Source of the DNA: Parcubacteria group bacterium GW2011_GWA2_40_143 | GTDB taxonomy: Bacteria > Patescibacteriota > Minisyncoccia > UBA9983 | Length of the DNA stretch: 64,000 nucleotides | Assembly: GCA_000996035.1 (NCBI GenBank) | Contig: LBYH01000001.1 | Location: 21,676 to 85,675 of the forward strand | Direction: 5' to 3' | Part shown: piece after piece, positions 18,504 to 28,202 of the stretch | Layout of the letters: each line of letters starts with the position of its first letter | Numbering within the stretch: position 1 is the stretch's first letter | Notes under the pieces: model-generated | The model's input: the letters and a program-made list of their open reading frames with translations, nothing else | Databases searched by the model: none | What the model was told of the DNA's origin: nothing | Translations under genes and position numbers: made by a program

Positions 18504-19217
18504 TTATTTAATATATTCCTCTTGACCGCTAATTCTGTCTTTCACCACGTAATCATCAATTATTTTACCGTCACCCATTTTAATAATTCTTTCGGCGTAC
18601 CTGGCGGTGTTTGTCTCATGCGTTATCAGCACAATAATTCTATCTCTCCTTTCCTTGTTCATCTTATCAAATATATCCATCACCGCTTTGCCGGAACCGG
18701 AATCAAGATTGCCGGTAGGTTCATCGGCAAAAATAACATCAGGATCGTTTACAATGGCTCTGGCAATAGCCACTCTTTGCTTTTCTCCACCGGAGAGCAC
18801 CGCTACGTCAAAATCTTTTCTGTGCCCCAAACCCACAGACTCAATGGCTTCTAGCGCGAGCTTGGATCGTAGCGGCTCTCGTATGCCGGAATACGCCAAA
18901 GGCAATTTTACGTTTTCCAACACACTGGCTCTCTGCAAAAGATTAAACATCTGAAATACAAAACCTATTCTTTTGTTTCTTATGCGAGCTACTTCCGCTT
19001 CAGAATAATCTTTGATTTCTCTGTCGCCAAAAGAATAAGAACCGGAGGTATATGAATCTAAAAAACCAAGTGTATGCAAAAGCGTGGACTTGCCACTTCC
19101 CGAAGAACCCATTATGGCCACGAATTCTCCTTTTTCTATATCAAGAGAAACACCGCGCAGAGCGCGCGTGCCATCTGAGTAAACTTTCTCTATATTTCTC
19201 GCTTCTATGAAAGCCAT
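18504..19217 (-). CDS. ABC transporter ATP-binding protein (MacB/LolD-like)
   Basis: Walker A GSSGSGKST, signature LSGGEKQRVAIARA, Walker B ILFADEPTGNLD. Confidence 0.9.
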   Translation of the reverse strand: MAFIEARNIEKVYSDGTRALRGVSLDIEKGEFVAIMGSSGSGKSTLLHTLGFLDSYTSGSYSFGDREIKDYSEAEVARIRNKRIGFVFQMFNLLQRASVLENVKLPLAYSGIREPLRSKLALEAIESVGLGHRKDFDVAVLSGGEKQRVAIARAIVNDPDVIFADEPTGNLDSGSGKAVMDIFDKMNKERRDRIIVLITHETNTARYAERIIKMGDGKIIDDYVVKDRISGQEEYIK

Positions 19218-19223
19218 TTGAAT

Positions 19224-20771
19224 TTATTGTTTTTCAAAAATGATCACCTTATCGCCTTCTTGCGCGCCTTCCGTTATCTCCACGAATCCGTCCGATCCTC
19301 TCATTCCGGTTTTTACTTCTACGATTTCCGCCATGCCGGCATCATTTAAAATTTTCACGAAGCTCTTGCCGTTTTCTTGAGATATTGCTCTTTGAGCTAC
19401 GGCTATCACATTCTTTTTCTCATCTATCTTTATCTCCACATTAGCCGTCATGCCGGATTTTATGCGCGCATCATTTTGCTCAAAAACCAAAGTAGTTTTA
19501 TAAGTAGGCACGCCTTCCACAATCGTCTCTGCCGGATCCACAAACAAAACTCTGGCTAAAAACAACGCCTCATCTCCGTAAGCATCCAAGGTTATTTCGG
19601 CCATATTGCCACTTTTTAAGCCGGCAATATCAACCTCAGGCACATTTGCTTCTATTTTAAATTTATTGAGAGAGATCACTGAGGCTACAATCTCACCGAG
19701 AGAAACAGTTTCGCCAATTTCAATTTCAAGCTTGGATATGACACCGCTCACCGGCGATCTTAAAACTGTTTTAGAAAGCTCTGCTTCGTATTGGCTTATC
19801 AACGCCTGCGCTTTGGCCAGCGCCGCTTCTTGAACAAAGATATTTTCCTGCGAAGCGCCGGCCAGATCAAGCTCAAGCTCTCTTTCTTCCAAGCTAAGAA
19901 AAGTGGCAGCGTTGCTCAATTTCTCCTGAGCGGCGGAAAGATTTGAAATAGCCGTGTTTATATTGCTCCTAGCCGTAGAAATATCGTTCTTATATCCATC
20001 TATTGTCGCTTGGCTAAATGAAGCGTTAGAAGTAAGGCTGTTCACGGCGAGAGAAACGTCATCTAAAAAATTTTTTATCTTATCAAGATTAGTTTTTGCT
20101 TCGGAAACGTAAAAATCCAAATTGCCAGTAGAAACAGAAAGCTCAACGAGAGATTCTTGCCATAAGATTAAAAGCGATTCCATGCTTACCCTGTTGTTTT
20201 CTATCCTATCCTTTCTCTGCTGATCGGCCAGAGAAAAATTAAGTTTAGGGCTTGCGCTCTTTGGGTTTGAAATAAACTGGTCAACTTTGTTTCTCACGGC
20301 ATCGTCAGACTTGGTGTAAGAATCGCTTATCACGTTCATCATATTTCGCTCAGCCTCTTCAAAGAGAACTTTTTTATTTTCCACTTTAGCTTTTTGCACA
20401 TTTATCTCTTCTTCCCTCGCGCCCTTTAGCAAATCGTTTAATTTTGCTTCTTCCGATTTAACTCCGGCTTGAGCTTGAGCAAGCTTGGCGGCGATGTCGG
20501 CGGAATATATGGAAGCGATAGCCTCGCCCCTTACCACGGAATCGCCAATTACCACGTATATGCCGGTAATTTTGCCGGATTGTTCAAAAGCAAGATTGGC
20601 ATCCGCGCCAGGCTTAACTCTACCCGTAACGCTGACTTCTTTTACGACATCGCGCCTTTCCGCCAAGGCGTATTCGTAAATCGTCTCTTTGTTTCCTCTA
20701 AAACCAAAAAACCATACACCGATCGCCACAATCACCGCCGCGATTAAACCTATTTTAAAAGATTTTTTCAT
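19224..20771 (-). CDS. HlyD/MacA-family membrane fusion (periplasmic adaptor) protein
   Basis: 515 aa. N-terminal transmembrane helix, long coiled-coil, C-terminal beta-barrel region. Co-operonic with the ABC ATPase and permease. Confidence 0.8.
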   Translation of the reverse strand: MKKSFKIGLIAAVIVAIGVWFFGFRGNKETIYEYALAERRDVVKEVSVTGRVKPGADANLAFEQSGKITGIYVVIGDSVVRGEAIASIYSADIAAKLAQAQAGVKSEEAKLNDLLKGAREEEINVQKAKVENKKVLFEEAERNMMNVISDSYTKSDDAVRNKVDQFISNPKSASPKLNFSLADQQRKDRIENNRVSMESLLILWQESLVELSVSTGNLDFYVSEAKTNLDKIKNFLDDVSLAVNSLTSNASFSQATIDGYKNDISTARSNINTAISNLSAAQEKLSNAATFLSLEERELELDLAGASQENIFVQEAALAKAQALISQYEAELSKTVLRSPVSGVISKLEIEIGETVSLGEIVASVISLNKFKIEANVPEVDIAGLKSGNMAEITLDAYGDEALFLARVLFVDPAETIVEGVPTYKTTLVFEQNDARIKSGMTANVEIKIDEKKNVIAVAQRAISQENGKSFVKILNDAGMAEIVEVKTGMRGSDGFVEITEGAQEGDKVIIFEKQ

Positions 20772-20839
20772 AGCACATTAATGATAACAGTAAAACTCAA
20801 ACCTCCGTCCATAGATATATTTTTAAAAGAAATTATAAT

Positions 20840-21211
20840 TTATTTACCGCTATCTATATTTAATTTTTCTTCCATGTATTTCACTCTGGACATTAGATCG
20901 TCAAACTCATGACGATAAACGAGGTGTTGCCTTATTTCAGACACATCTCTTTCTATGTACGAAAGTCTGGCATTTATATGATCCATCTTTTCGTCAACTC
21001 TTTCAAATCTTGCGTCAATTCCTTCAAATCTCGCGTCAATCTGATCAAATCTCCTGTCAATCTGCTCAAATCTTTCATCCACCCTTTTAAACCTTTCATC
21101 CATTATTTTATGCGTTTCTTCAAAACCTTTGGCCACCATTAAAGCAAGGTCATCAATTGTAACCTCTTTTTTTAATTGCCCTTTTTTTGATTTTACGGAT
21201 TTTTTAGCCAT
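20840..21211 (-). CDS. Hypothetical coiled-coil protein with tandem heptad-like (x)RFxxIDx repeats
   Basis: 123 aa. DERFKRVDERFEQIDRRFDQIDARFEGIDARFERVDEKMDHINARL. No known family recognised. Confidence 0.5.
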   Translation of the reverse strand: MAKKSVKSKKGQLKKEVTIDDLALMVAKGFEETHKIMDERFKRVDERFEQIDRRFDQIDARFEGIDARFERVDEKMDHINARLSYIERDVSEIRQHLVYRHEFDDLMSRVKYMEEKLNIDSGK

Positions 21212-21270
21212 AAATTATAAATAGATGATAGCAAATCTGCGGCAAGTGTAAACCACCCTAAAATTGAATA

Positions 21271-23955
21271 TTAAAACTGTGATAAATTCTTTCTTCTCCG
21301 AAAGAAGAGTTTGCGCAATTCTTCGGCAACGATTATTGACGCGGCTACCGGAATGATTAAAAGCCATTCTGAAAATTCCAACGGCACGGTGCGAAGAATT
21401 TTCTGCATGACCGGCATGTATATTGCGATTACCTGAAGTATAATAACCGCAAAAGTCGCGCCAACCAAATATTTATTTGAAAACCAATCCATCTTAAATA
21501 TTGATTTATTTTCCGAGCGGCAATTCCACACATTGAACCATTGAAAAATCGCGAGTGTTGTGAGTGATATTGTCCACGCTTTGGCGATATCAGTTTCAAA
21601 GTATCGGCTGAATAAGAAAAGTGTTCCTATCATCATAGGCAACGCCATAATAATCATTCTTTGAATTATCAATGAATCAATAATATATTTTTTAGGATGT
21701 TCAAATTTTCCGGACAAAAGTCCTTCTTCTTTCGGTTCCATAGCTAAGGCCATAACAAGAAACCCGTCAGTTACGAAATTAAGCCAAATAATTTGTGCCG
21801 CGAGAATCGGCAACGGATACCCCAAAAACAAAGCGACAGAAATCACCAGCACTTCTCCGGCGCTTGTTGAGAAAAGATACAAGATAACCTTTTTTATCGT
21901 CTTATATATGCTTCGGCCTTCCTCAATTGCCGAAATAATGCTCCCAAAATTATCATCAAGCAATACAATATCCGAAGCTTCTTTCGCAACCTCCGTGCCG
22001 ATTTTACCCATGGAAACTCCGAGATCAGCGGCCACAAGCGACGGCGCGTCGTTAACTCCATCTCCTGTCATGGCGATAATTTCACCTCTCTTTTTGTAAG
22101 CGTTGATAATCTGCATTTTGTGCTCAGGCGTCACTCTGGCGAAAACCGTTGTGTTTGCCAGTTTATCGGCAAGCTCAGCGTCATACATCTTTTCAATTTC
22201 ATCTCCGGTTAGCACCGTATCTCCTTCTTGGTATATGCCCGCCTCCTTGGCAATGGCGCGGGCGGTTATCTTATGGTCGCCGGTTATCATTACCACCCTG
22301 ATTCCCGCCTCTTTCGCTCGCTGCATTGCTCCTTTAACTTCCGGCCGGAGAGTATCTTGCATGCCGAAAAATCCGACAAAAGACAGCGAATGAATTGATT
22401 CCTTTTTTAATTGTTTTGGCGCTTCATCACAAGCCGCGACCGCGATAACGCGAAGCCCTTCCTCCGACATGCCGGTAAATATTTTCTCAAGTTCTTCTTT
22501 CTCATCCGTTTCGAGAGGATGATTCTTTCCTCCGCGCCTAATATCAACGCAAAGCGAAAGTATCTTCTCCGGCGCGCCGGTAACGATTAAGAGATGGCCT
22601 TTTTCCGTCTGATGCAGAGTGGCGCGATACTTCATCTTATAATCAAAAGGAATTTCTGAAATAAGAGGCGATTCTCTCAAGAGATCTTCTTTGCGAAAGC
22701 CCGCTTTCTCGGCAAACACAAGCATGGCGGCTTCAGTGGGATCTCCGGCTATGCGCCACTCCTTTGCTTCTTCAACATAAAAGAGACGAGCGCCGGCAAC
22801 AAGCGAAGTGGTTTTTCCCAAATACAACAATTCATCATGCTTTGCCACACTGACAAGATTCTTATCAAACTTGATTTCCCCCTTAGGTTCATATCCGATA
22901 CCGCCAACTTCAAATAATTTGCCGCCCGCCCACGCTTTGCGTATGACAAGTTCGTTTTTAGTAATGGTTCCCGTCTTGTCCACCGCAATCACTCGCGCTT
23001 GTCCGAGGGCTTCCACGGCTTGAAGCCTCTTTACAAGCGCGTTCCGCTTTGACATGCGCCAAACGCCAGTCGCAAGTACAAGTGTCATAACAATTGGCAG
23101 CCCTTCGGGAATAATTGAGACGGAAAGCGAAACAACGGTCGTGAACATTTCTTTGGCGGAATGACCGAAAAGTATGCCGGCAGTGAAAAGAATCGTACCA
23201 ATGACAACGACGGCGACAATAATTGCCCGCGAGAGATGGCGGATGTTTGCCTTGAGCGGAGTTTCCGTATCAATGGCGGAAATTTGTTTAGCGATACCGC
23301 CAATCACAGTGCCAAGCCCCGTTGCCACCACGATTGCCCGGCCATTACCGGAAACAATATGCGTACCTTTCCAAACCATATTCTTTTGCTCCGCTGTAGG
23401 AAGATTATCTTTTTCAAGAACATTAGTATTTTTATGTATCGGCTCGGATTCTCCGGTCAAAGAAGCCTCGTCTATTTTTAAACTTTGAGAGAAAATAACC
23501 CGAGCATCGGCTGGAATTCGTTCTCCCTCCTGAAGAATGAGAATGTCGCCGGGAACCACCTCCATATCCGGAATGATAAATTCTTTTCCATCACGAAGGA
23601 CCGTCGCGCTTGTTGCCACGAATTTTTTGAGAGCGAGGAGAGTATTTTGGGCTTTACCTTCTTGAATAACACCGATAATGGCGTTAAACAAAAGTACGGT
23701 GAGAATAATCAAGCCGTCCATGGTCTCGCCCATAGCAAAAACAACCGCGCTGGCGACAAGAAGGATATAAATAAGCGGACTCTGGAACTGACTTAAAAAG
23801 AGTCTTCGCTTGGATCGCGGCTTTTCTTCCAGAAGACTATTCCCGCCGTATTGCTTAAGACGCTCATCTGCCGCTTCAAGCGAGAGCCCCCAATCCGAAC
23901 TCTCAAGCTTCTCAAATATTTTTTCTAATGTGAACGAGTACCATGGTCGCGCCAT
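21271..23955 (-). CDS. P2-type cation-transporting P-type ATPase (Ca2+/Mg2+-ATPase-like)
   Basis: 894 aa. DKTGTITKNE, MITGDHKITA, MTGDGVNDAPSL, 10 predicted transmembrane helices. Confidence 0.9.
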   Translation of the reverse strand: MARPWYSFTLEKIFEKLESSDWGLSLEAADERLKQYGGNSLLEEKPRSKRRLFLSQFQSPLIYILLVASAVVFAMGETMDGLIILTVLLFNAIIGVIQEGKAQNTLLALKKFVATSATVLRDGKEFIIPDMEVVPGDILILQEGERIPADARVIFSQSLKIDEASLTGESEPIHKNTNVLEKDNLPTAEQKNMVWKGTHIVSGNGRAIVVATGLGTVIGGIAKQISAIDTETPLKANIRHLSRAIIVAVVVIGTILFTAGILFGHSAKEMFTTVVSLSVSIIPEGLPIVMTLVLATGVWRMSKRNALVKRLQAVEALGQARVIAVDKTGTITKNELVIRKAWAGGKLFEVGGIGYEPKGEIKFDKNLVSVAKHDELLYLGKTTSLVAGARLFYVEEAKEWRIAGDPTEAAMLVFAEKAGFRKEDLLRESPLISEIPFDYKMKYRATLHQTEKGHLLIVTGAPEKILSLCVDIRRGGKNHPLETDEKEELEKIFTGMSEEGLRVIAVAACDEAPKQLKKESIHSLSFVGFFGMQDTLRPEVKGAMQRAKEAGIRVVMITGDHKITARAIAKEAGIYQEGDTVLTGDEIEKMYDAELADKLANTTVFARVTPEHKMQIINAYKKRGEIIAMTGDGVNDAPSLVAADLGVSMGKIGTEVAKEASDIVLLDDNFGSIISAIEEGRSIYKTIKKVILYLFSTSAGEVLVISVALFLGYPLPILAAQIIWLNFVTDGFLVMALAMEPKEEGLLSGKFEHPKKYIIDSLIIQRMIIMALPMMIGTLFLFSRYFETDIAKAWTISLTTLAIFQWFNVWNCRSENKSIFKMDWFSNKYLVGATFAVIILQVIAIYMPVMQKILRTVPLEFSEWLLIIPVAASIIVAEELRKLFFRRRKNLSQF

Positions 23956-23975
23956 AATATTTATTATAACAAGTT

Positions 23976-24998
23976 TTAATAGTTTTTTAGAACATCCAAA
24001 ATATTTTCAGAAAGAGAAGCAAATTCTTTTTTTGATTGCTCTAAATTCTCTTTAGTCCCTTTAACATTCTCAAAGCCATCAATTGTTGGATCAAGATTGA
24101 AAATAGCCTTATTTTTAATCTGAGCAAGTGGTGGCAACTGACCATAATCTTTAATAAGCGCGAGTGGACTGCTCCAAGACTTTTCTACAAGACCATTGCG
24201 ACAATGTTTTTCAGATAAATACTTCTTAATAAATGTTGGTATTTTCTCAATCCATTCTTCATTGCTCTTGATCGGTTTTTTAGAATATTGATTATATGAA
24301 TTTACAATATAGCCAATAAATAACCCTTCTCCATCTAAGACCTTATTATGTGGTATACCCTTATCTCTCGCCAAAACTTTTGCTGTTTTCTTCCAATTAT
24401 CTTTCCATGCTTCAAAAGTATTTCCTAGATTTTCAATTCCCTGCACGGAAAAAGCATCAGGCATAAGCGGAGTTATAAAATAATCCGAACCAAGAAAAAT
24501 TACCCTATTTAAAAGATTTAGATTTGGAGAAGTATCCACTATAAAAAGATCAATTTCTTCCGCTAAACCTTTTTCAGTTAAAAATCGATCGATAGCGCTA
24601 GTACTAAAGAAGCCTCGTTCTGATCCTTGAGCAGCTTCTCCATACGCTGAAATAAGAGAATTTTCATACTCAGAAAGCTTTAAACTTCCGGGCAATATAA
24701 ACAAATTACCAGAAGAGCCGATTTTTTCAAATTGCACGCTTGTGTCAATATCAGCCCCACCTCTCACTACGCCTTGCAAAACTGTATATATTGTTTTCTG
24801 GCTATCTGAAAAAAGATTCTCTTCAAAAGTATTCCCAAGAGAAATACGAGAAAGATTGCATTGAGGGTCTAAGTCAACCAATACTGTTTTATAGCCCATT
24901 TCCGCAAATTTAACCGCTGTATTATAGGCAAGAGTGGTCTTCCCAACTCCCCCCTTATTATTAAAATAAACCAGTTTTTTCGTACGAGTAAACTTCAT
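23976..24998 (-). CDS. ParA/Soj-family (deviant Walker A) ATPase with a C-terminal extension
   Basis: 340 aa. KGGVGKTTLAYN deviant Walker A, DLDPQCNLS. Lies at the edge of the AT-rich island. Confidence 0.7.
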   Translation of the reverse strand: MKFTRTKKLVYFNNKGGVGKTTLAYNTAVKFAEMGYKTVLVDLDPQCNLSRISLGNTFEENLFSDSQKTIYTVLQGVVRGGADIDTSVQFEKIGSSGNLFILPGSLKLSEYENSLISAYGEAAQGSERGFFSTSAIDRFLTEKGLAEEIDLFIVDTSPNLNLLNRVIFLGSDYFITPLMPDAFSVQGIENLGNTFEAWKDNWKKTAKVLARDKGIPHNKVLDGEGLFIGYIVNSYNQYSKKPIKSNEEWIEKIPTFIKKYLSEKHCRNGLVEKSWSSPLALIKDYGQLPPLAQIKNKAIFNLDPTIDGFENVKGTKENLEQSKKEFASLSENILDVLKNY

Positions 24999-25045
24999 GT
25001 TTATATAATATCAAATTTTATAAAAACAAGCACGCCAACCCTTTA

Positions 25046-25258
25046 TCACGGCTCGCCTTTAAAAGCCTTGTTCAAAATTGATTTCTTCATCTCCTCCAAA
25101 ATCTCCTTCGGCTCACGCAAGGAAATTTCACTCTTCAAAGTCGCGCCTTTTCCCGCCACTTCACAACTGCCACAAGCGCTGGAAGCGAATTCCGAAATGT
25201 TGGCTGGCGTCCTTGAGTAAGAACCGCGGTCGGTCAAGCCCCGTAAGGACATTTTCAA
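25046..25258 (-). CDS. Hypothetical small protein (70 aa)
   Basis: ORF only. It overlaps an equally long plus-strand ORF, so strand and coding status are uncertain. Confidence 0.2.
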   Translation of the reverse strand: MKMSLRGLTDRGSYSRTPANISEFASSACGSCEVAGKGATLKSEISLREPKEILEEMKKSILNKAFKGEP

Positions 25259-25468
25259 TACTTTTATCTTATCATTTCGACGGTCTTTGAGCAGTAGGTT
25301 TTTTATACAAATCAGGGTTTTGCTTTCTGTCCATTTTCAGCAACAAACTAAAGAAACCTACGGCTCTATCTAGCTCTTCTTTAGTCCAATTCTTCGGATT
25401 TCCTTTATCTTTATTTTTCATAAAAAGTGACAGTGAATCGCTATGTAAAGTTACACAATGATGTAACT

Positions 25469-26581
25469 CTATTTTGACAGTAATTTGCTATCAATAAAAC
25501 TTTTCAGAGAATAATTTACTATCCTTTCAAACCAACGGGTACGCGGCAACTTCTCTTTCTCAGATATTTTCTTTCTATCCATACTCATTCCCACAGAAGA
25601 ATCAATGTCCCATTTCTTCACATCATCTCCTCTCATATCCATACTCAAAAACATTGGCTTACCTGTATGTAAGTATGCAGACCGTGCATCATAGATGCGT
25701 TTAGCATATTTAGACACGTCACCCTTTGATATATAGCAATGAGAAGCCTGCTTAGGAACCTCGCCAGAAAATCCATCTGCATACTGTTCGATAAAATCTA
25801 CAAACCTTTTACAGATCTTTCTATTTTGAAGCCACCTCTCAATCTGCCCCCACTCATCTGGAATAAATAACTCCTTGTCCTTAAGTTCTATTAGCTTTTT
25901 CTCTAAATTATCAGACTCCACTTTAGATATATCTAAAAGTGCCTCAATTGAGGAAACCATTTTTATGAAAAACAACTCATGATCAACTCCTATTTCTTTA
26001 ATAGCCACAGAATACCAATGAACCGCTCTAATGAGGTTTTGGTGGTGCTTTTCATCAACCGTCTTTGTGGAATCAAGAAAGTTTAAAAGACCATTATCTT
26101 TACACCAATTCCTATCGTGATTTGAGAACATTTCAAGATTCAAACAAGTTAAATCATCGTTAATTTTTTTATACAGAAATTTCTTTTCCAATCGCATCCT
26201 TATACTCTGAGGAGTCATAGCTCCAGTAATTGTTGCTTTGAGATAAAAACGTGCCTGAAAATAGAAAGAGAATAAAGCAATAATTTCTCCAACTAATCCC
26301 TCTTTAAAGTAATACCCGTCTTTTGAGTAGTTACTCTCATCGTAATCGAAAACTTTCTCAACGTGCTTAATCTTTAAGATATAAGTGTAGAGATTGTTAT
26401 CGTCAGCCTCTTGATACAACGAGCATTCAAGCATTCCATCGCCATAGGTAAAAACGCCAGGTATTCTCACTTCTGAACATATTTCATACTCAGTGAAATA
26501 AATAGGGGTTTCTCCAGCTTGCTCTAATTCTTCAAGCTTGAGTACCCACTGCATTCTATTGTCGATTTTTTGTCTTTTCAT
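25469..26581 (-). CDS. Hypothetical 370-aa protein adjacent to the restriction-modification genes. Possible HEPN-like (Rx4H) nuclease motif.
   Basis: AT-rich. No confident family. The C-terminal region carries AKRIYDARSAYLHTG, which fits the HEPN Rx4-6H pattern seen in AbiD/AbiF-type proteins. This is a weak, motif-only indication. Confidence 0.5.
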   Translation of the reverse strand: MKRQKIDNRMQWVLKLEELEQAGETPIYFTEYEICSEVRIPGVFTYGDGMLECSLYQEADDNNLYTYILKIKHVEKVFDYDESNYSKDGYYFKEGLVGEIIALFSFYFQARFYLKATITGAMTPQSIRMRLEKKFLYKKINDDLTCLNLEMFSNHDRNWCKDNGLLNFLDSTKTVDEKHHQNLIRAVHWYSVAIKEIGVDHELFFIKMVSSIEALLDISKVESDNLEKKLIELKDKELFIPDEWGQIERWLQNRKICKRFVDFIEQYADGFSGEVPKQASHCYISKGDVSKYAKRIYDARSAYLHTGKPMFLSMDMRGDDVKKWDIDSSVGMSMDRKKISEKEKLPRTRWFERIVNYSLKSFIDSKLLSK

Positions 26582-26618
26582 ATGCTTGTATATTAACTAG
26601 TAATTATACAAGGTCAAC

Positions 26619-27290
26619 GTGCAACTTTTGGGGTCCGGGCCAACAAGAAGTGGCAACAAAGGATTAACCTTGAGCAACATATATCTTATATTACAAAACC
26701 CGTTTTATTATGGAGTTTTTGAGTACCCGAGAAAAAGCGGGAACTTTTACACAGGAAAGCACGAGCCAATTATTTCTAAAGAACTCTTTGATCAAGTCCA
26801 AGGGCAGGTAAAGAGCCAAGTATTGAGAGTGCAAGAACCAAAAGAATTCGCTTTCACTAAAATGATGACTTGCGGACTCTGCGGGTCTGGAATCTGTGCT
26901 GATGAAAAGTTTAAGAAATTGAAAGATGGATCTGTAAACAGACATATTTACTACGGATGTACAAAGTCCAAAGACAAGTACTGTAAATGTGGCTACATAA
27001 ATGAGGTAGATCTGTTAAAGCAGTTTGAAAAATTAATAGATCGAATCGAGATAAATGGGATTGGTATAAAAAAAAATCAAAAAAGATGTTGAACGATTTA
27101 AGAAATTTCAGCAAATGCTTTTGGGTAAGAGAGAGAAAATAGTGATCGGTGATATTGATATTCGTAATTATGCAAAATACATACTAAAAGAAGGAGAGGA
27201 TATTGAAAGAAGAGAACTTTTAGGATGTTTAAATGGCCAGATAAGACTTAAAAACAAAGAGATTACGATAGTTCAATAAACTTAGACGCT
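26619..27290 (+). pseudogene. Remnant of a large serine recombinase (C-terminal recombinase and zinc-ribbon region only, then a frameshifted tail)
   Basis: The 26619-27092 ORF has no resolvase catalytic domain and no upstream coding in frame. It carries the recombinase zinc beta-ribbon pattern (YYGCTKSKDKYCKCGY, CGLCGSGICAD). The continuation (…LLGCLNGQIRLKNKEITIVQ) is in another frame up to 27290. Confidence 0.55.
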
Positions 27291-27314
27291 TACCCACTGA
27301 AACAAAAGAATTCA

Positions 27315-28169
27315 TCACACACCTTTTTGAAAGATAAAAAGGTGTTCGTGCATTATCAACAAAAAATTTGATTCTTTTGATTTTGTGACCCAAAATCCAG
27401 TTGCTTTGCAATTAAACTGTCTTTTTATTATATCTTCTTTTAAAACAAAACCTGAATCTAAAAACTTCTGCATTACCTTAAAAGCAAGTGGTTGATACAT
27501 TTTATTTCTTCGAGTATCTCCCATTAAAATTGCACAGTATTTTCCTTTCTTTAAAACTCGAAACAACTCTTTGGCAACTTTTTCTATTTCATCAACAAAA
27601 GCGTCTATGTCGTGTATTCCCGAAAGATCTTCCTTAATCTTACCCTCACTGTATTTTATTATGTCTGCATATGGAGGATGAGTTAGAACAAAATCAATTT
27701 CATTGTCTTTAATAAAACTCATATCTCTCGCATCGCATTTCGCGATCCGTTGTTTCGCTTTATTATCAACTTCAAATTCAAGAGATTTTTTCGTTCTCTC
27801 TAACGCTTCATCATTAACATCAATACAAGTAATATGACGATTTAAAATTTTTGCTTCTATTGCGGTAGTACCTCCGCCAATCATGCAGTCGAGCAAGTGG
27901 TCTTTCTCTTTTGAGTAACGCAAAATAAGATTGCGAGCTACTTCTGGCGACCAGTTTCCACACCAGTCAGATTTATGTGCCCGTCCACTCTTTCTCGCAT
28001 TCAGCACAGCGGTTATTGCCAGTGTGCTCAAACATGTCGGTAAAACCGTTTGGCTGATATATGTTTTCCTTTTTGCTCCAGAAAAACTCATCATCGATAA
28101 CTGTCTCGACATATTTACGCTCAGCTCCACAGTGTTGACATGCATGTTTTGGGTACTTTCTTGTTTCAT
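27315..28169 (-). CDS. N4/N6 DNA methyltransferase (PF01555-like) with atypical motif order: motif I region (HKSDW…LLDCMIGGGTT) precedes the HPPY catalytic motif
   Basis: 284 aa. HKSDWCGNWSPEVARNLILRYSKEKDHLLDCMIGGGTTAIEAKIL matches the C-terminal HPTQKP…DPFxGSGTT block of beta-class N4/N6 methyltransferases. IDFVLTHPPYADII…LKKGKYCAILMGD matches their N-terminal (D/S)PPY block. The two blocks are in swapped order here. Confidence 0.7.
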   Translation of the reverse strand: MKQESTQNMHVNTVELSVNMSRQLSMMSFSGAKRKTYISQTVLPTCLSTLAITAVLNARKSGRAHKSDWCGNWSPEVARNLILRYSKEKDHLLDCMIGGGTTAIEAKILNRHITCIDVNDEALERTKKSLEFEVDNKAKQRIAKCDARDMSFIKDNEIDFVLTHPPYADIIKYSEGKIKEDLSGIHDIDAFVDEIEKVAKELFRVLKKGKYCAILMGDTRRNKMYQPLAFKVMQKFLDSGFVLKEDIIKRQFNCKATGFWVTKSKESNFLLIMHEHLFIFQKGV

Positions 28170-28202
28170 TTTCCATAATTAGATCCTTGATCGAATCGAT
28201 TT

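Noticed and set aside
25272-25421. 49-aa minus-strand ORF (MKNKDKGNPKNWTKEELDRAVGFF…) between the ParA-like gene and the 370-aa gene
   Set aside because: Short, with no RBS or recognisable domain. It could be real but there is insufficient support.
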